DNA of 64,000 nucleotides from assembly GCA_964035545.1 (NCBI GenBank), contig OZ037770.1, forward strand, positions 6,148,729 to 6,212,728. The letters are read 5' to 3'. Below are positions 11,295 to 24,400 of this stretch, piece after piece (position 1 is the first letter of the stretch; each line of letters begins with the position of its first letter). The notes under the pieces are model-generated. The model saw only the letters and a program-made list of their open reading frames with translations, had not been told where the DNA came from and did no database searches. The position numbers were made by a program, and so were the translations under genes. This DNA comes from Bugula neritina (lineage: Eukaryota; Animalia; Bryozoa).

Positions 11295-14200
11295 TTATAC
11301 TGGCTTACCTGGGAACTCGGTATTAATGTCCATACTCAACGTTCTTGGTAAGATTGGAGCTGGTTGTGAGATACGTCTGCCTTTGGCGATGTCAGCATAA
11401 GAAAAGGCTGAGCATCGTTTCTGAGGCACGAGGTCGGGACTATTTGCTTTACGCGCATTAATTCCTCCCACTATTCCGCCCTCGCAAAAGTTGATATTTG
11501 CGTGGGGTTCACAACTCCAACATTTTATCGTACGGTTTTCCCCTAGACTTTCATGTGCGCCGCTTCTAATGCAGTCACAGATGAAGTCTTTCAAATACGG
11601 TGGGGGTTTCCTCGTACGCTGTCCCCTTTCTAGGGGGGGTGACACGCTTGCCGGTTCGTTAGTAGGGGCCTCTAATGGCGTCTCTACTTCACCGTTAGCG
11701 GTCGCCTCTTCTTGTTCTCCGGATGGAGCCCCTCCCTCCGTGGGGGTTTGCACTTCCGGAACCGGCTCGGTTTCTGGAAGTGATGGAATTAGACTTGGCG
11801 GTGGCGGACACGCTTCTGTTGACAAAAGCTGCCGCTCCTCTCTCACCAAGTTTTCCTCCCGCGGTATGACCACTTCGTATTCAGGTCCATGCCGCCGTCG
11901 CCCGCGCGTCGTTGTCTGCCTCCTGGGCTCTAACAACGGGGGGCTTCTCCCACTCCGTCAGGGCTAGCCCAATACGGTTTCAAGCGAGACTCATTCTGGA
12001 TAGACACCTGTCCTGAGCGCTCGATCTTGTACGTATGATTGGGCATAGCCTCGACGACCACGTAGGGGCCTACGAACTTAGGCTTCAGTTTGTCAGCCTG
12101 TCCGCGACGCCTACGGTAATTGACCATCCACACCTTATCTCCCTTTTGATAGAGAGGTGGTTCATCGGAATCTTCGTGCCGCACCTTCCACTGCTGTTGA
12201 CGCAGTATATCGTGTGCGGCCTTCATCCGTTCCACTAGTTCACTGGCATACTCGTGAACCGAGTTGTCTTGCTCTGGAACGTGATAGGTGAGATGGTCAG
12301 GGACACGAGTCTCTCTCCCGAGCATCAAGAGGTTTGGGGTCTCACCAGTACTGGTGTGTGGGGTGCTACGGTATGCACGCATGACTTGCGGCAACACCGT
12401 ATCCCATTCCTCTTGACCTCGTCCAAGGAGGAGACTCCGGAGTGCATCACCTAGCATCCGGTTGTTGCGTTCCACCACCCCGTTACCTTGAGGGTGGTAG
12501 GGGGTGGTCCTGCTCTGATTTACTCCCCAGAGGTGGCAAAGGTCGCTCATCAGTTGAGACTGGAATTGAGCGCCTTGATCAGAGTGTATCTGTTCGGGAA
12601 GTCCAAAATAACAGAATACATGTTGGTCTAGTGCCCTGGCCACTGTTGGGGCTGATGCATCTGGGATAGCCAGAGCATCCGCCCACCTAGTAAAGTGGTC
12701 GGTTAGTACTAGGATCCAATTATTGCCTCTGGGGGTCAGGGGCATGGGTCCGACCAGGTCTACAGCGACTACTTGCCAGGGCCTACCAGCATATAGCCTC
12801 CGCCGTCCTGCTTCACCAGGGGGGCGGCTATGCTTACTGGCCTGGCAGATCTCACACTGTTTGACTCTGAGCCGGACGTCACGCTCCATCTGCGGCCAAT
12901 ACCACCGGAGTCGTAATTTGGATATCACTCGCTTGACCCCTGCGTGGGCCTGCTTGTGAGTATCCCAAATCAACTCACGGCGGATGGCTGTGGGGCAGAC
13001 TACCCTCTTCCTTTCCGGGTGTCTACCGCTGGCAGCTAGAGAGATGGTTAGCAACCCATCCTGCCCGATCCGCAGCGAGTCCCAACGCTGACAGTATAGC
13101 CGGAACTCGGCGCATCCCTGTCGTATGCGTTCCTCGCTGGGTCGTCGCCCTTCCCTTTTGGCCCGGTATATGTCTGCCACGACTCCAGGCAGCTCTTCTT
13201 GGAGCTTCTTCAGCTCTCGAACATTACCGGCCAGTACAGGGTTGGCGCGGAGGTTTTGTACATCCTCCGGGGACTCATCAACTCTTTGCCTGAGTTGACC
13301 TTGATCCCAGTCAAACGGTGCTCCGTGATGAGCCAGCGTCTCCAACTCACATCGTGGGGGACCTCCATCCCTCCTCTCGATGTTGAGACACTGTTTGCAA
13401 CCTCCGTCAGGTCGGCGACTCAACCCATCCGCATTGCTGTGTCTCTTGCCCGGCCGGTGTTCGATCCGGTACGAGAATTCAGCTAGGATTTCGAGCCACC
13501 GGGCGACCTGACTAGAGGGCTCTGCTCTCCTGCACAACCAGATCAGCGAGGCATGATCCGTACGCAGCCGGAACTTCCTGCCATATAGGTATGGTCTGAA
13601 GTGCTTCACTGACTTGATTACTGCCAGCAGCTCCTTGCGGGTAGTGCAGTAATTTCGTTCAGCGGGAGAGAGAGACTTGCTGTAGTAGGCTACTACTACT
13701 TCTCGGCCTTCCTGCACTTGTGACAGCACAGCGCCAACATTCTGGTCACTGGCGTCCGTGTCTAGGATGTACTCCAGAGTGGGGTCTGGGTAGGCCAAGA
13801 TGGGCGCCGTTAGGAGGCAGCCCTTGAGGCGGTCGAACGCTTCTTGTTCGACTGGAGTCCACTGCCACGTCACTCCCTTTGCGGTAAGCCGGTTTAACGG
13901 CTGGGCTATGCCCGCAAAGTCTGGTATGTATTGCCTGTAATACCCTACCAGCCCCAAGAAAGCCCGGAGTCCGGTCAAGTCTTGGGGGGTGACCCAGTCT
14001 TCTACTGCCCGTACCTTTTCGGGATCCGTTGCCACGCCGTTTCGACCGACAACGTGCCCCAGGTACTTGACCTCCGGCTGCAACAGAGCGCACTTGGAAG
14101 GTTTGAGCTTAAGACCGGCACCTCGGAGTCTCTCGAAAACCTCCTGCAGACGACTGACATGTGTCTCGAAGTCTGGAGAGATTACGATGACATCATCGAG

Positions 14201-15862
14201 GTAGACCAGCAGTGTCTTCCAATGGAGTCCGCTAAGGACTTGTTCCATCAGCCTCTGGAAGGTGGCTGGGGCGGAGGTTAACCCGAAGGGCAGCACCTTC
14301 CACTTCCACAACCCGTCCCGTGTGATAAACGCCGCTTTCTCTTGGGCGTCGGGACTCAGAGGAACCTGCCAATAGCCGCTTAGCAAGTCTAACGTACTGA
14401 AGTACTTGCTGCCGGCTAGGGCGTCCAATGACTCGTCAATACGAGGTAGAGGGTAGGCGTCCTGTATGGTTACGCTATTGAGTTTGCGGTAGTTCACACA
14501 GAACCGCCAACTGCCGTCTTTCTTCCGGACCAGTACGACTGGCGAACTCCACGCACTATGGGCGGGCTCTATCAGTCCCCGGTCCAGAAGATCCCGTACT
14601 TGTCGGCTAACCTCCTTCTCTTTCTCCGGCCCCAGCCTGCGTGTGGGCTGCCGGACAGGGACTGTCCCTGCAGTCAGCGGTATTTCGTGTCTGACAATTC
14701 CAGTCAGTCCCACGTCATGCTCTCCGCTGCTGAACACATCACCGTAGTCGCGTAGTAACTTGGCCATAGCTTGGCGTTCTCTGTTACTCGCGCAGCCGCC
14801 ACTGGCTGTTTCGTATAACTCCCGGAGATGTGTTGGGACTGCCCCTCGTCCCTGAGTAGGGTGTCGAGGGGGTGCCTCCGTCGCGTCACCCAGCGACGGG
14901 CCCACGTCCTCTTCCTGGACGGAATGGAACCGGCCTAGCATTGACCCAGCTGGGAGCTCAATGGGCTCGGTAAAGGGGTTGACGCACTGCACTAAGACCT
15001 CCCCTCGCTCAGTTAGTCGATTTAAACTACTGGCGAGTTGGATCTTTTCGTGCGCGCTTTCAACGACCCCGAGCCTGGCTATCCGGTTGCTGTTCACTCG
15101 GCAGTGGATAGTAGCTCTGGAGCGTCCGGGTACGGTGCAGTTTCGAACTACCTGAACACCGCCCACCAGAGGACGCCCAAACTTATCCACACAGGCGAGT
15201 TCTCGCCCGCCCATCAGCACCACCGACTTACTGAAATCTATTCGGCACTGGTGTTGCTTCAAGAAGGGCATTCCGAGGATAGCCTCTTCCTCCAGTTGAC
15301 CTATGATAAAGGTCTCCTGTACAGCCTGATCTCGGACACGCCCAGGGAGCTCGATAATACCATAAAAGGGGATACATGACCCGTCTGCCAGGGTGCCATG
15401 TTCTCCAGTATACGGTCGTACTCTATCCCTGTCCCGGCGGGGCAGTGCCTCAAAGACTCTACGACTGAGAAGGTTGGTAGTACAACCGGAGTCGAGCAGG
15501 AAAGTGACGGCGTTGCCGGCCACCTTTCCGGGTAGGAAATAGCTCTCTCCATGTGGTTGTACTTTCACCCCCCCCCGCATGTGCTGTCCTGGGTTGACAG
15601 GACGGCGGGGGTTTCACCCGTGGTTTACGGGGCTTCCGGCGGCGAGGTTGGTGCCGGCGGGGTTTGGGCCTCTCCACTGGGCCTTCTGGCTCCATTTCAG
15701 TGGCGGGCTCCTCCTCCCGAGGTAACCGGTGAAACCGGTTAGCGAGTGGCAGGGAGAAGGTACTGGGCCGTTGTGCGGGCCTACTAGTCCTGCGTGGTAC
15801 CTGCCACTCGGGTGGAATGTTCCGCCGTGTCCGTACGGACAGACGACGGCGCGTTCCACCAT
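11295..15862 (-). CDS. Gypsy A pol (protease, RT, RNase H, integrase), split by frameshifts at homopolymer runs
   Basis: LLDSGC protease, YLDD RT, TDAS RNase H, HHCC and DDE integrase, GPY motif in ORF 11930-15580. Continues in 11295-11936 after a 1-nt loss in a G run (6 versus 7 in element B). A second shift is likely at the 9-C run 15568-15576. Confidence 0.93.
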
Positions 15863-15920
15863 ACTCCTTTAGTTGCGGCCCGCGGGGAGGGAGTGTGTCC
15901 GCGGGCCGTGACAGTTTAAC
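15863..15920 (-). other. Predicted -1 ribosomal frameshift signal (G_TTA_AAC plus pseudoknot) of Gypsy A
   Basis: GTTAAAC (15920-15914) in gag frame, 5-nt spacer, 10-bp stem CGGCCCGCGG/CCGCGGGCCG, loop ACTCC complementary to downstream GGAGT. Confidence 0.7.
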
Positions 15921-16735
15921 GGCCCCTGGTATTGGGGTCGTCCTTTCTGTCCCTGGTCTTGATCAGCGCTACTCCAGCCCTGCCCCACAGGTGTTGGGGG
16001 CATCCGCAAGGCTTGACCGGGGCCAGCACCGGCCAGAATGGTTACCAATTGTCCCAGCATCTCTACCATACGGTCCACTTCGGCTTCCAGCGGGAGGGCT
16101 TCGGAGCCTGTCGTAGCCCTGGCAGCGCTGACTCCAACTACTGGTGGGTTCCTTTGTGCTCGATGCATTTGGGTAGCCAACAGGTAAGCTTCTCCAGCCT
16201 TCAGGGCATCCTCTATTCTGGTTATCCCTTTAGCTCGTAAGTGATGGTCTAGGCCCAGGTCGTTTAGGGACTGGACAAAGGCGTCATAGGTGTAACGCTC
16301 TTGGTGTTGTGCTGGCAGATCGCTATATGCAATCTGCGCCAGCTTCTTCACCGTCGCGGCATGTTCTTGCAGCGAGGTCCGCGGGGTGCGGCACAATCTC
16401 TCCAGCTTGGTCCTAGCGTCTATGACGGAGGTGCCAAAACGGGCCCGCAGCGCAGCCAGTATGCCGTCTACGTCCGTTCCCACTCCGTACGGCTTGGCTT
16501 GCTCCGTCACCGCTCTCCGCAGTTGAATAAGGGCCACTCTAGGCGGCCATTGAGCAACTTCCATTACCTCTCTAAATTCTTGTATAAATTGTTCGACATC
16601 TTCCGACCCAGTAAAGGTGGGAGCTTTCAAGCAATGTCTATAAGCTTCTTCTCCTTCACGATTCACAGGATTAACAGCATTTCTACGCTCACCTTCTACT
16701 GGGGGTGGTTGCATTCTAGCATTTTCAGTCTCCAT
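15869..16735 (-). CDS. Gypsy A gag (288 aa), no CCHC zinc knuckle
   Basis: Starts just after the PBS; LKAPTFTGSEDVEQFIQEF capsid-like motif shared with the gag ORFs at 50495 and 40221. Confidence 0.9.
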   Translation of the reverse strand: METENARMQPPPVEGERRNAVNPVNREGEEAYRHCLKAPTFTGSEDVEQFIQEFREVMEVAQWPPRVALIQLRRAVTEQAKPYGVGTDVDGILAALRARFGTSVIDARTKLERLCRTPRTSLQEHAATVKKLAQIAYSDLPAQHQERYTYDAFVQSLNDLGLDHHLRAKGITRIEDALKAGEAYLLATQMHRAQRNPPVVGVSAARATTGSEALPLEAEVDRMVEMLGQLVTILAGAGPGQALRMPPTPVGQGWSSADQDQGQKGRPQYQGPLNCHGPRTHSLPAGRN

Positions 16736-16749
16736 CTTTGATATACACT

Positions 16750-16767
16750 ATCCCACCGCTGCCACCA
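16750..16767 (-). promoter_or_regulatory. Primer binding site, tRNA-Leu (AAG/TAG type)
   Basis: TGGTGGCAGCGGTGGGAT, 1 nt after the 5' LTR, complementary to the tRNA-Leu 3' end ...AUCCCACCGCUGCCACCA. Confidence 0.9.
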
Positions 16768-16768
16768 C

Positions 16769-17072
16769 TGTTATAGTTTTCAGATTTAAGGTTGATGTGC
16801 CACCAAGAGAGTCTATTTATCACTAGAGAAACTTCACCAGTTAAGTCGAGTAGATATCGTTATATTTAATACAAGAATACATAATAAAATCCAATGTACA
16901 ACAGTAGTGATACGCACGTCTATTTAATTTACAGCACTATCCTCAACTGAGCTAGTAGCGCGAAGCGGCTACTATTACTTAACAAACAGCTTAGCTAATT
17001 GGCTAATACATTGTTCCAGGTCAATACGCAACCTTGCGTATTGTGTTGCTGGTAGCTCCACGAGCCACCACA
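16769..17072 (-). repeat. 5' LTR of Gypsy A
   Basis: TGTGGTGG...TATAACA on the - strand, followed by the PBS. Confidence 0.95.
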
Positions 17073-20000
17073 TTATTATATTAAATATAATATTTATTAT
17101 ATTATTATTGAATATATTATTTCATTAGAAAATAGGTTGCAGCTTAGCATGATTAAAATTCAGTAAAAATTAGTTTACCAACAGCAAACATGCATGCGTC
17201 TTGTCAACATTCAATTCGTAGTGCCATAGCGAAGCCAGATTATTGGTAGTACGACTACTAGAACTACTACTACTACTAGTGATGGATTACAGATCCTTGG
17301 CGATTTTAGCTGTGAGTGACCTTCACCTCACATTCTCGTCATGTGCGCGGCATAAGACTAAGTAGAGGGTATAAAGCACTGAGCTGGAAAAGAAATAATA
17401 TATTTTAATTATAGGTAATACTAATAGTAATATAATTTATGGTAATATATAGGTAATATTATTGAGTTCTTTGGTATGGAGTATAGACCTATCACTGATA
17501 GTATCAGTATCAACTACCACTTACGTACTACTTCAACTTATAACTTACCTTCAACTCAAACTGCTTGGAATCATTTGTCTTTGATCATATTGATATTCAT
17601 ATTGGCATTGTCATTGTGATTGTAATAACTATTAATATTTTTAGTTCAACATCAATGCCGAACATATTGTAATAACTAATAGTAATAAGATAATCATAAG
17701 GCTGATATATTTTGCTAATACTAATACTAATAGTAATACTAATAGTTATAGTAATTCAGTGTCACTCTCACTCTGGTGGAGTGAGACTCAGAGTTAGAGA
17801 CAGAGTGAGTCCGAGTAAGTCTGAGTGTTGGTAATAGTAATAGTCATATAAATTTAAATTATATTTACTTATTTCTAGCAATCACAATGGCAATAGTTAT
17901 AGTAACTTTCACTTACTCTTAAATCATTGAACCTGAACTAAAAGTAAAATTAAGCATTATGATTATCATTATGATTATACCTATGATTTTATTATGTTTA
18001 AATTAAAAATCAATATCATGATAATATCATAGTGATAGACATATTATTGATAAATTATAATATAAAAGTAATTTGATAAATTATACATTGATTTTGAATT
18101 AAGGTGATACTGATACTAGACCCGTACTGAAAGTGATAGTAATAGTAATAGTCATAGTCATATAAATTTAAGTTATATTTACTTATTACCGGCAATCACA
18201 ATGGCAATAGTAACTTAAACTGTAACAGTAATGGTATGGGTATGTTTGAAATTGTCACTATCAATATTGCTATGAATCAAAATATAATGCTATCATACCA
18301 ATAATTTAAAATAGTATTACAAAGCTTCAGTAGCAACTTTTACTTGTACCAGTTTGGAATTTTGAATTATACATATTCTTAGTTGAAGTCTTCAAGTTTA
18401 TTGTCAAAATGAACTTGAAATTAAAGACTTAGTAGTAAAAATTAAACTAAGACTGACTGTAAGTGACTAAAATTAAAAATAAGTAGTTTTGAATATCGAT
18501 TTAGTATTTTTCTTACTCTTTGTCTTAAAATTGACTTTTATTTTGCACCTACTCCTGGTCAATGATTCTTTTTTCTATTTATATTACTATTGCTATTAGT
18601 ATAATTGACTTAAATTTAATAATAGATATGATTATATCTTTATAAATGTGATATTTGATTTTATGAATAGTAATTCGAAAACTCTTTGGTATTATTTATT
18701 TTTGATCATTGTAGTTATTATCATTATATTTGTATAATAATTATGATTATCAAATTCAATATCGATATTTGTATTATGGTATGGATATCTGCCTCCATCC
18801 CATGTTCTGTTTTGCAGTGCCTTTTTACATTCACGTCTAGGTTCACATTGCGATGGTCATACTGATAGCACTTGGGGACAGTGATGAGCATAATGATTAT
18901 CACTAATATTAAGATTATCGTTATTAGGATTTAGAATAATTTAATAAACAAGCAACTTAAAACAAATGTTTTTACTAATATACATATTATTTACTAATAT
19001 AAATATACTACTATGAATATTATAATTATTATACTTTACAATTCAAAGTAAGATAATCATAATACGAACTGGTAAAACTAAATATAAAGTAAATGTAATA
19101 ATAATAATAGTAGTTATCCATTCCCCTTTGGTTTCACATACTAATAATTGGAAACCTCTGTCCTAATATTATTTCTATTAATATTGCTCAAAGTTTGGCC
19201 CCTATTTAATTTTATAGTTCACTCACCAGCTACATAATTTTATTAAAATACATGTGGTATTGGTTATAGTACTAGTGAAACTTGAAGTTGAATAGCATGC
19301 TTATTACTCACTGCTCTTTGCTTACATTATTAGGGTTACTCTTTAGTCTTAGAGATACCCTAACATAAACTTGAAAGCTGGAGGTAGTACTAGTCTAGTG
19401 CTGTGTTAATCCTACACTGTTGACTTATCAACACTGTGACTATAATTATGACTCCTAAGTCAAAGTCATTTTCATATAGTAGTAATCACTATGACAGACT
19501 GAAAGTCAGGAAGACTAAATATAATGGTAAAGTGTGTAAGAATAAATCATACTTAATCAATTACTTTTAGTTTTGTTACCAGTGTTGGGTCAACTTTCAG
19601 AATAAAGAATAAATATAATTATAAAGATAAATGGATAAAAATTCCAATCATGGTTTAATGTGCCTATTTTAAGCTGTTAATTTAATTACTATAATATAAG
19701 TGCTCAAAATACAACTTTTGATTTTCATAATTATGTTTTAATTTAATACAGATACCATAGTATCATATACAGTAGAATCAGTTGTATCTTATTTAATAAT
19801 GAAGTAACTTATTGGAGCTTTCACAGTTATTAATTATTTACTTGTTAGTCTTTGAACTGGGACAATGTTTGAAACTTGAAGTAGAATGAAGTTTGATTTC
19901 AGTTACCGCAATGGTATCTGCAGTCACAATAGGAATACGCATATAACTATGTTTATATTTGTGAAAAATATATAGTCAAAACTAGATAAGGTAATAGTAA

Positions 20001-20405
20001 TTATAATTGGTTTCACTTTTAATATATTCCTATAAACTGGAAAATAGACAGAAGCATTTAATCATGAAAGTAAACCTAGTGGAAGTAAATCAATTCACTA
20101 AGTATAGTAAAATATTTACTATTCAGTAAGTTTATTTACTTTAGTTAAAATTTGTACTTGATTATTTCTGTCGGTTTTTCAGTTGATTTTTCTACCTTTT
20201 GCTATAGCATATCAAACTACCACAAAGTCATGCTTCCGTATTACAATTATAAACATAGTGTTACTGTGTAATGTTATAGTAATGTAGTAGTAATATTTGG
20301 ATCATTGTAAGTATTTCTGTTGTTGTACTGATTGATAAATATTTTTTAGCTTGCATGGATATTTGCAACGATCAAGATGTCATTTGAACCTGGACTGGAA
20401 TAAAG

Positions 20406-21000
20406 ATGGCAAATCGAGAAGCTAGCTACAATTATTCTGCAGAAAGAAACTTGGTAAGCAAAAATAAGCTGCAGCATTAAGCAGTAAGCAATATGACGAT
20501 GAACTTTGCTTGATTTTGATTGACCTTAAAATATCTGGTCACCTTTCACCAACGTGGTCCTGCGCGGGTGGCGGGTGACCTTAAAATGTCTGTTGCACGT
20601 AAAATAAATTTTGTGACAGTCAAAAGTATGCTGATCTTTTTCGTATTTCAGTGCATCAGTGTTTTAGCTTAAGAGCTGAACCCAACAATTATGATCTAAA
20701 GCTGTTTTTTACTAGAAAGTGATTTTACTGTCTTTTTGATTATTCTTGGTTTTTCAGCTTGATGAATTGAATAAATGGATTTGATTTCGGGTATTATGTA
20801 ATGGATGAAAGAAATTTTTCTTAAATTTGTACTGAGCAATTTTTGCTATTGCTATGATGTTTAGTGATAAAATTGCACCCTTAATAACCCTGAAAATTAT
20901 CATTACTAGCATTTGTTTATGTTCATTTTTAGGAAATTAAAATGAAGACACAACTCACCGATGCTATCTCACTGTGCCTGCATGCAGTTTATCTAAAAAG
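20406..21000 (+). CDS. Candidate small upstream coding exons (20406-20453, 20933-21000), possibly the 5' end of the ROCO-caspase gene
   Basis: ATG...MANREASYNYSAERNL followed by GTAAGC; then tttttAG, EIKMKTQLTDAISLCLHAVYLK, GTAC. Phases (0, then 2) are compatible with the phase-2 acceptor at 26396, but the link is unproven. Confidence 0.3.
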
Positions 21001-21194
21001 GTACTCCTATTAGCTGGCTCTTGCCCAATACCTGGTTGTCTCTGTAACTATTTTTTGTTCGCAGATGAGTTTTTTGAACTTGACATTTTATTGATTTTGA
21101 AAGTTATAGTGAGCTTTGAACTTGCTAGCATCGTTTTTAAAGACTTGCTGCAGTTTTTATCAACATTTTTTAAGTCAATGGTGTTAGTCTGGAA

Positions 21195-21462
21195 GCTCTC
21201 TCACTCCTCTCTCTGTCTCTTTCTCCCACACCTTCCACTCAACCTCTCTCTCTTTCTCTCCCTCTCTCCCACCCTTCCTCTCTCCCACCCTCCCTCTCTC
21301 CCACCCTCTGTCTCTCCCACCTTCTCTCTCTCCTAACCTTTCTCTCCTCTCTTTTCCACTATCTCTCTGACTCTCTCCCTTTTTCTCTTCTACCCATCTC
21401 TCTTCCATCCTCTCTCCTAACCTTTCTCTCCCACCCCCCTCTCCCACTCTCTTTCTCTCTCT
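21195..21462. repeat. CT-rich polypyrimidine low-complexity tract
   Basis: Degenerate (CT)n/CTCTCCC repeats over about 270 bp. Confidence 0.9.
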
Positions 21463-24400
21463 AGTTTGCATGGCTTTACCCAATTTTGGTTTATTTTTTA
21501 TTTTGTTTCAGAGTATCCAAATGGAAAGCTAAAATTTATTTAATATATATTATACCAAATTGAGCTTTACATATAATATCAAATAAATGCTGTGTTTTGT
21601 TAAAATCAATGTTTGCAACTTTGTAGTATATTCAAATTCATAATTTATTTGTAGAGTCACACAACAAGACACTACTCTGACACACTCACAAGTTGCCACT
21701 GATCCAGCAGTATAGATGATTGTTTTCTCCACTGGCTATGCTGTCACGCTTTACTGATGTGGTGTTTGAAACAAACCAATTGTTTGCCTACGCAGACTAG
21801 GGTGAGAAAAAAAGTGAAAAATGAAAGCTGTTTTTAATACCAACTACAATTAGTTTTTATTGAATGAAAAACAAAGTGAAATCATTAGTTATCAGTTAAA
21901 TGACTAAATCACTGTTTATAAAGATGAAACACAAATAATCTTATAATATGCTAATGAAATTTGGCTTTCAAATAGCTTTTTTCTGTATATTTGTCGAGGA
22001 AGTTTATCTTCAACAAAACTTCGTAGCTGTTGAATATGTGGAGAGTATTTTATGTTGCATAAATTTATAGAGTAAAAGGTTCTAATCAAAATTTTTCAAC
22101 TTGGCTCATCTACGGTTTAAAAGTGTGAGTCACCCTTCACACTAGAGTTTTATAAAGTTTTAATGAATGTGCAGTATTTCATAAAATATTGTGTGTCTCG
22201 TAAATTTAGCTATTTATACCTTTTCAGTGAGATTGGAGTAAACACACCTCAAAATTCACATCTGGTATCACATTGATTTATCGCAAGTCAAAGTACACCT
22301 ACTATATACTAACTCGTCCTTCCTTAATACCTGCTTGCTTTTGCACTTCTATAACTCATTTCATATACCTAACTTTCTCTTGCAGATGAATTACATCTTT
22401 TAATTTGTAAAAGCCTTAAATATCATGAAATTAATGAGGTTTAAACCGTGGCCACACTAACTATTGATGCGTTTATTGATGGGTCAAATTACACGAAAAT
22501 ATTGTCTCTTTCTTTTTAGTTTCACCTAAAGTATTACATACTATTGATGGAGGCTTTGCTGAAGTTTTTGGGTGATGATTTGTCAATAATTTTCCAGAGA
22601 AGATGATGCCACGATGGCTGGCATCATTATGCAATTTCCAAATTTCTTTCGGCTTTGCTCTAGTGAAAATGTTGGAAAACAATCAACAAAAAGGTTTGTA
22701 CCATAAACAAAGTTATTGTGTGCATGTTGCCAAAGCATAAAGTGTGCTGGACATTTTTAAGTTTCTGTTGAGTTGCGTTTATGCTTTTCCTGCATGAAAA
22801 AAGTTCCAGTTTCAGGTAATATCACTAGCGGAGTGCCCACCTATATTTTAAATCATATTGATGCATAAGTTCTTTTTGTAATATTAAATGTATAACTTGC
22901 TTAATTGCTATTTAATGCCCTTTGAAGTTTCCAACTGTAATTAATTAGTTGATTTGGCAGCATGGTATATCGATGATTGATGAAGGCAGCCGATATAATT
23001 ATAAGCATAAATATCTATATCTACATGAAGATGTCACTCCCAATGATTGTTATTCTGAAATCAGCTGATTAAGTTATCACAAACTAGACATTTTGACCAG
23101 CGGCTTTTACAATGCAACTCGGTGAAATTTCAGACCTAGATTAATTGAATTTCTTACTGAAAATCGTGAAGGTATTAAAGTTTAAAGTGAAAGTTTAAAG
23201 GGTCATCTCTCTGCGAATTCTAATAGCATGGTGCCAATTAGACTTGAAAAAAATTCAAGGCACTATAAAGCACTAAGCCCATTCTTACAAGTAGTTTCAA
23301 AGTGCACTGGAATTTCAGTTTACTTGTCATTGTATAGAATCCTGATCTACACTATATAGCATTCACTATTGCCTGCTTCTTCTAAGCATCTATAATGTAT
23401 TAACTACAGTTTGCTTTGAGAAGTGAATTTCTACTTGGTATTTTTTCCTTATCGTTCTGTTGTTTGCCAGTAGTCTTAATTTAATGGATTTTCCCTTTTC
23501 AAAAGTGGTTGTGACAATCAAACACATCATGCAGCCTGCAACTACACAATCAGTCAGTAATTTCTTCCATTAAAGTAGCTCTTCTGGTTACTCTTGCTCA
23601 CCTAAAAGCCTGAGCCTCATTCAAATTGCAAGTTTTTAGAGTTGTTAATTTTTCATGCAGTCTTTCATTTTTTTTGGTTAGGCACAAAATTAGTATTCAC
23701 TAGACCTAATATTTCATCTGCATGTATGCCTATTGTTTGTTCATTAAAGAAAAACCTCTGCTGAATATTGAACTAATAATGAAAATGAATTCCCTAAACT
23801 AAAAGTAGCAGTGTGATTTTGGTATTACAATTAGTTGTTAGCATAGAGTCAAGTTATTGACAGGAATTTTCAAATTGAAATGAATGAATTTCATTGTAAG
23901 TCAGCAAGATTTAGTCTAAGTAAACATAGCATTACATCGTGTTTTATTTAGCATTTGTAGAAGGCAGCATATATTTAAAGGATTATTGTAAACTTAAATG
24001 TAATTTTAAGTACTTTCCATGTTTGTTATTGTAGATGGTCTTGTTCTTTGGAATGGATGTGACAACTCCTTGTGTCAAACTTAACTGATTGACTACTGAA
24101 TCCCAATCATATGTTTTGCCAAAAAATGTGAAAATGGAGTGCATGTCTACTTTATTTGAGAAAATATTAAAAATACTTTTGAAACTTCATCTAGCCAAAC
24201 AATACAACAGTTTCATTTTATTAAAAAATATCATTTGCCCAAAATGTATTATGTAATCGAACAATTTCTAGAAAAAAAGTGCTTTCCTCCAGTTTTGCTA
24301 ATGAATTACATATTTCATTACATGCTTGTCTTTATAATTTTATTAATTGTTTTTTCTGGTGAGTCAATTAAAGTCAATTCAACCTAGAAAAGTCTGAATT

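Larger units (their letters stand above)
9635..17072 (-). mobile_element. Full-length Ty3/Gypsy LTR retrotransposon A (gag, pol, extra zinc-finger ORF3)
   Basis: 304-bp TG...CA LTRs at 16769-17072 and 9635-9938 with 3 differences seen; 4-bp TSD TTAT (9631-9634, 17073-17076); PBS 16750-16767; PPT GGAGGGGGCAG 9939-9949; domain order PR-RT-RH-IN. Confidence 0.97.

Noticed and set aside
11930-11945. Programmed frameshift at the end of Gypsy A integrase
   Set aside because: Element B reads through with one more base in the same homopolymer; a simple indel or sequencing error.
11491-16741. Many antisense ORFs over Gypsy gag/pol (also 50633-56777)
   Set aside because: Shadow ORFs of GC-rich coding DNA; they recur only because the pol DNA is near-identical.
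16750-16767. tRNA-Leu genes at 16750, 40151, 50465 and 33220
   Set aside because: Only 13-18 nt of tRNA 3'-end complementarity next to LTRs; these are primer binding sites.
20974-21483. 120-aa and 99-aa ORFs
   Set aside because: Produced by the CT-rich low-complexity tract.
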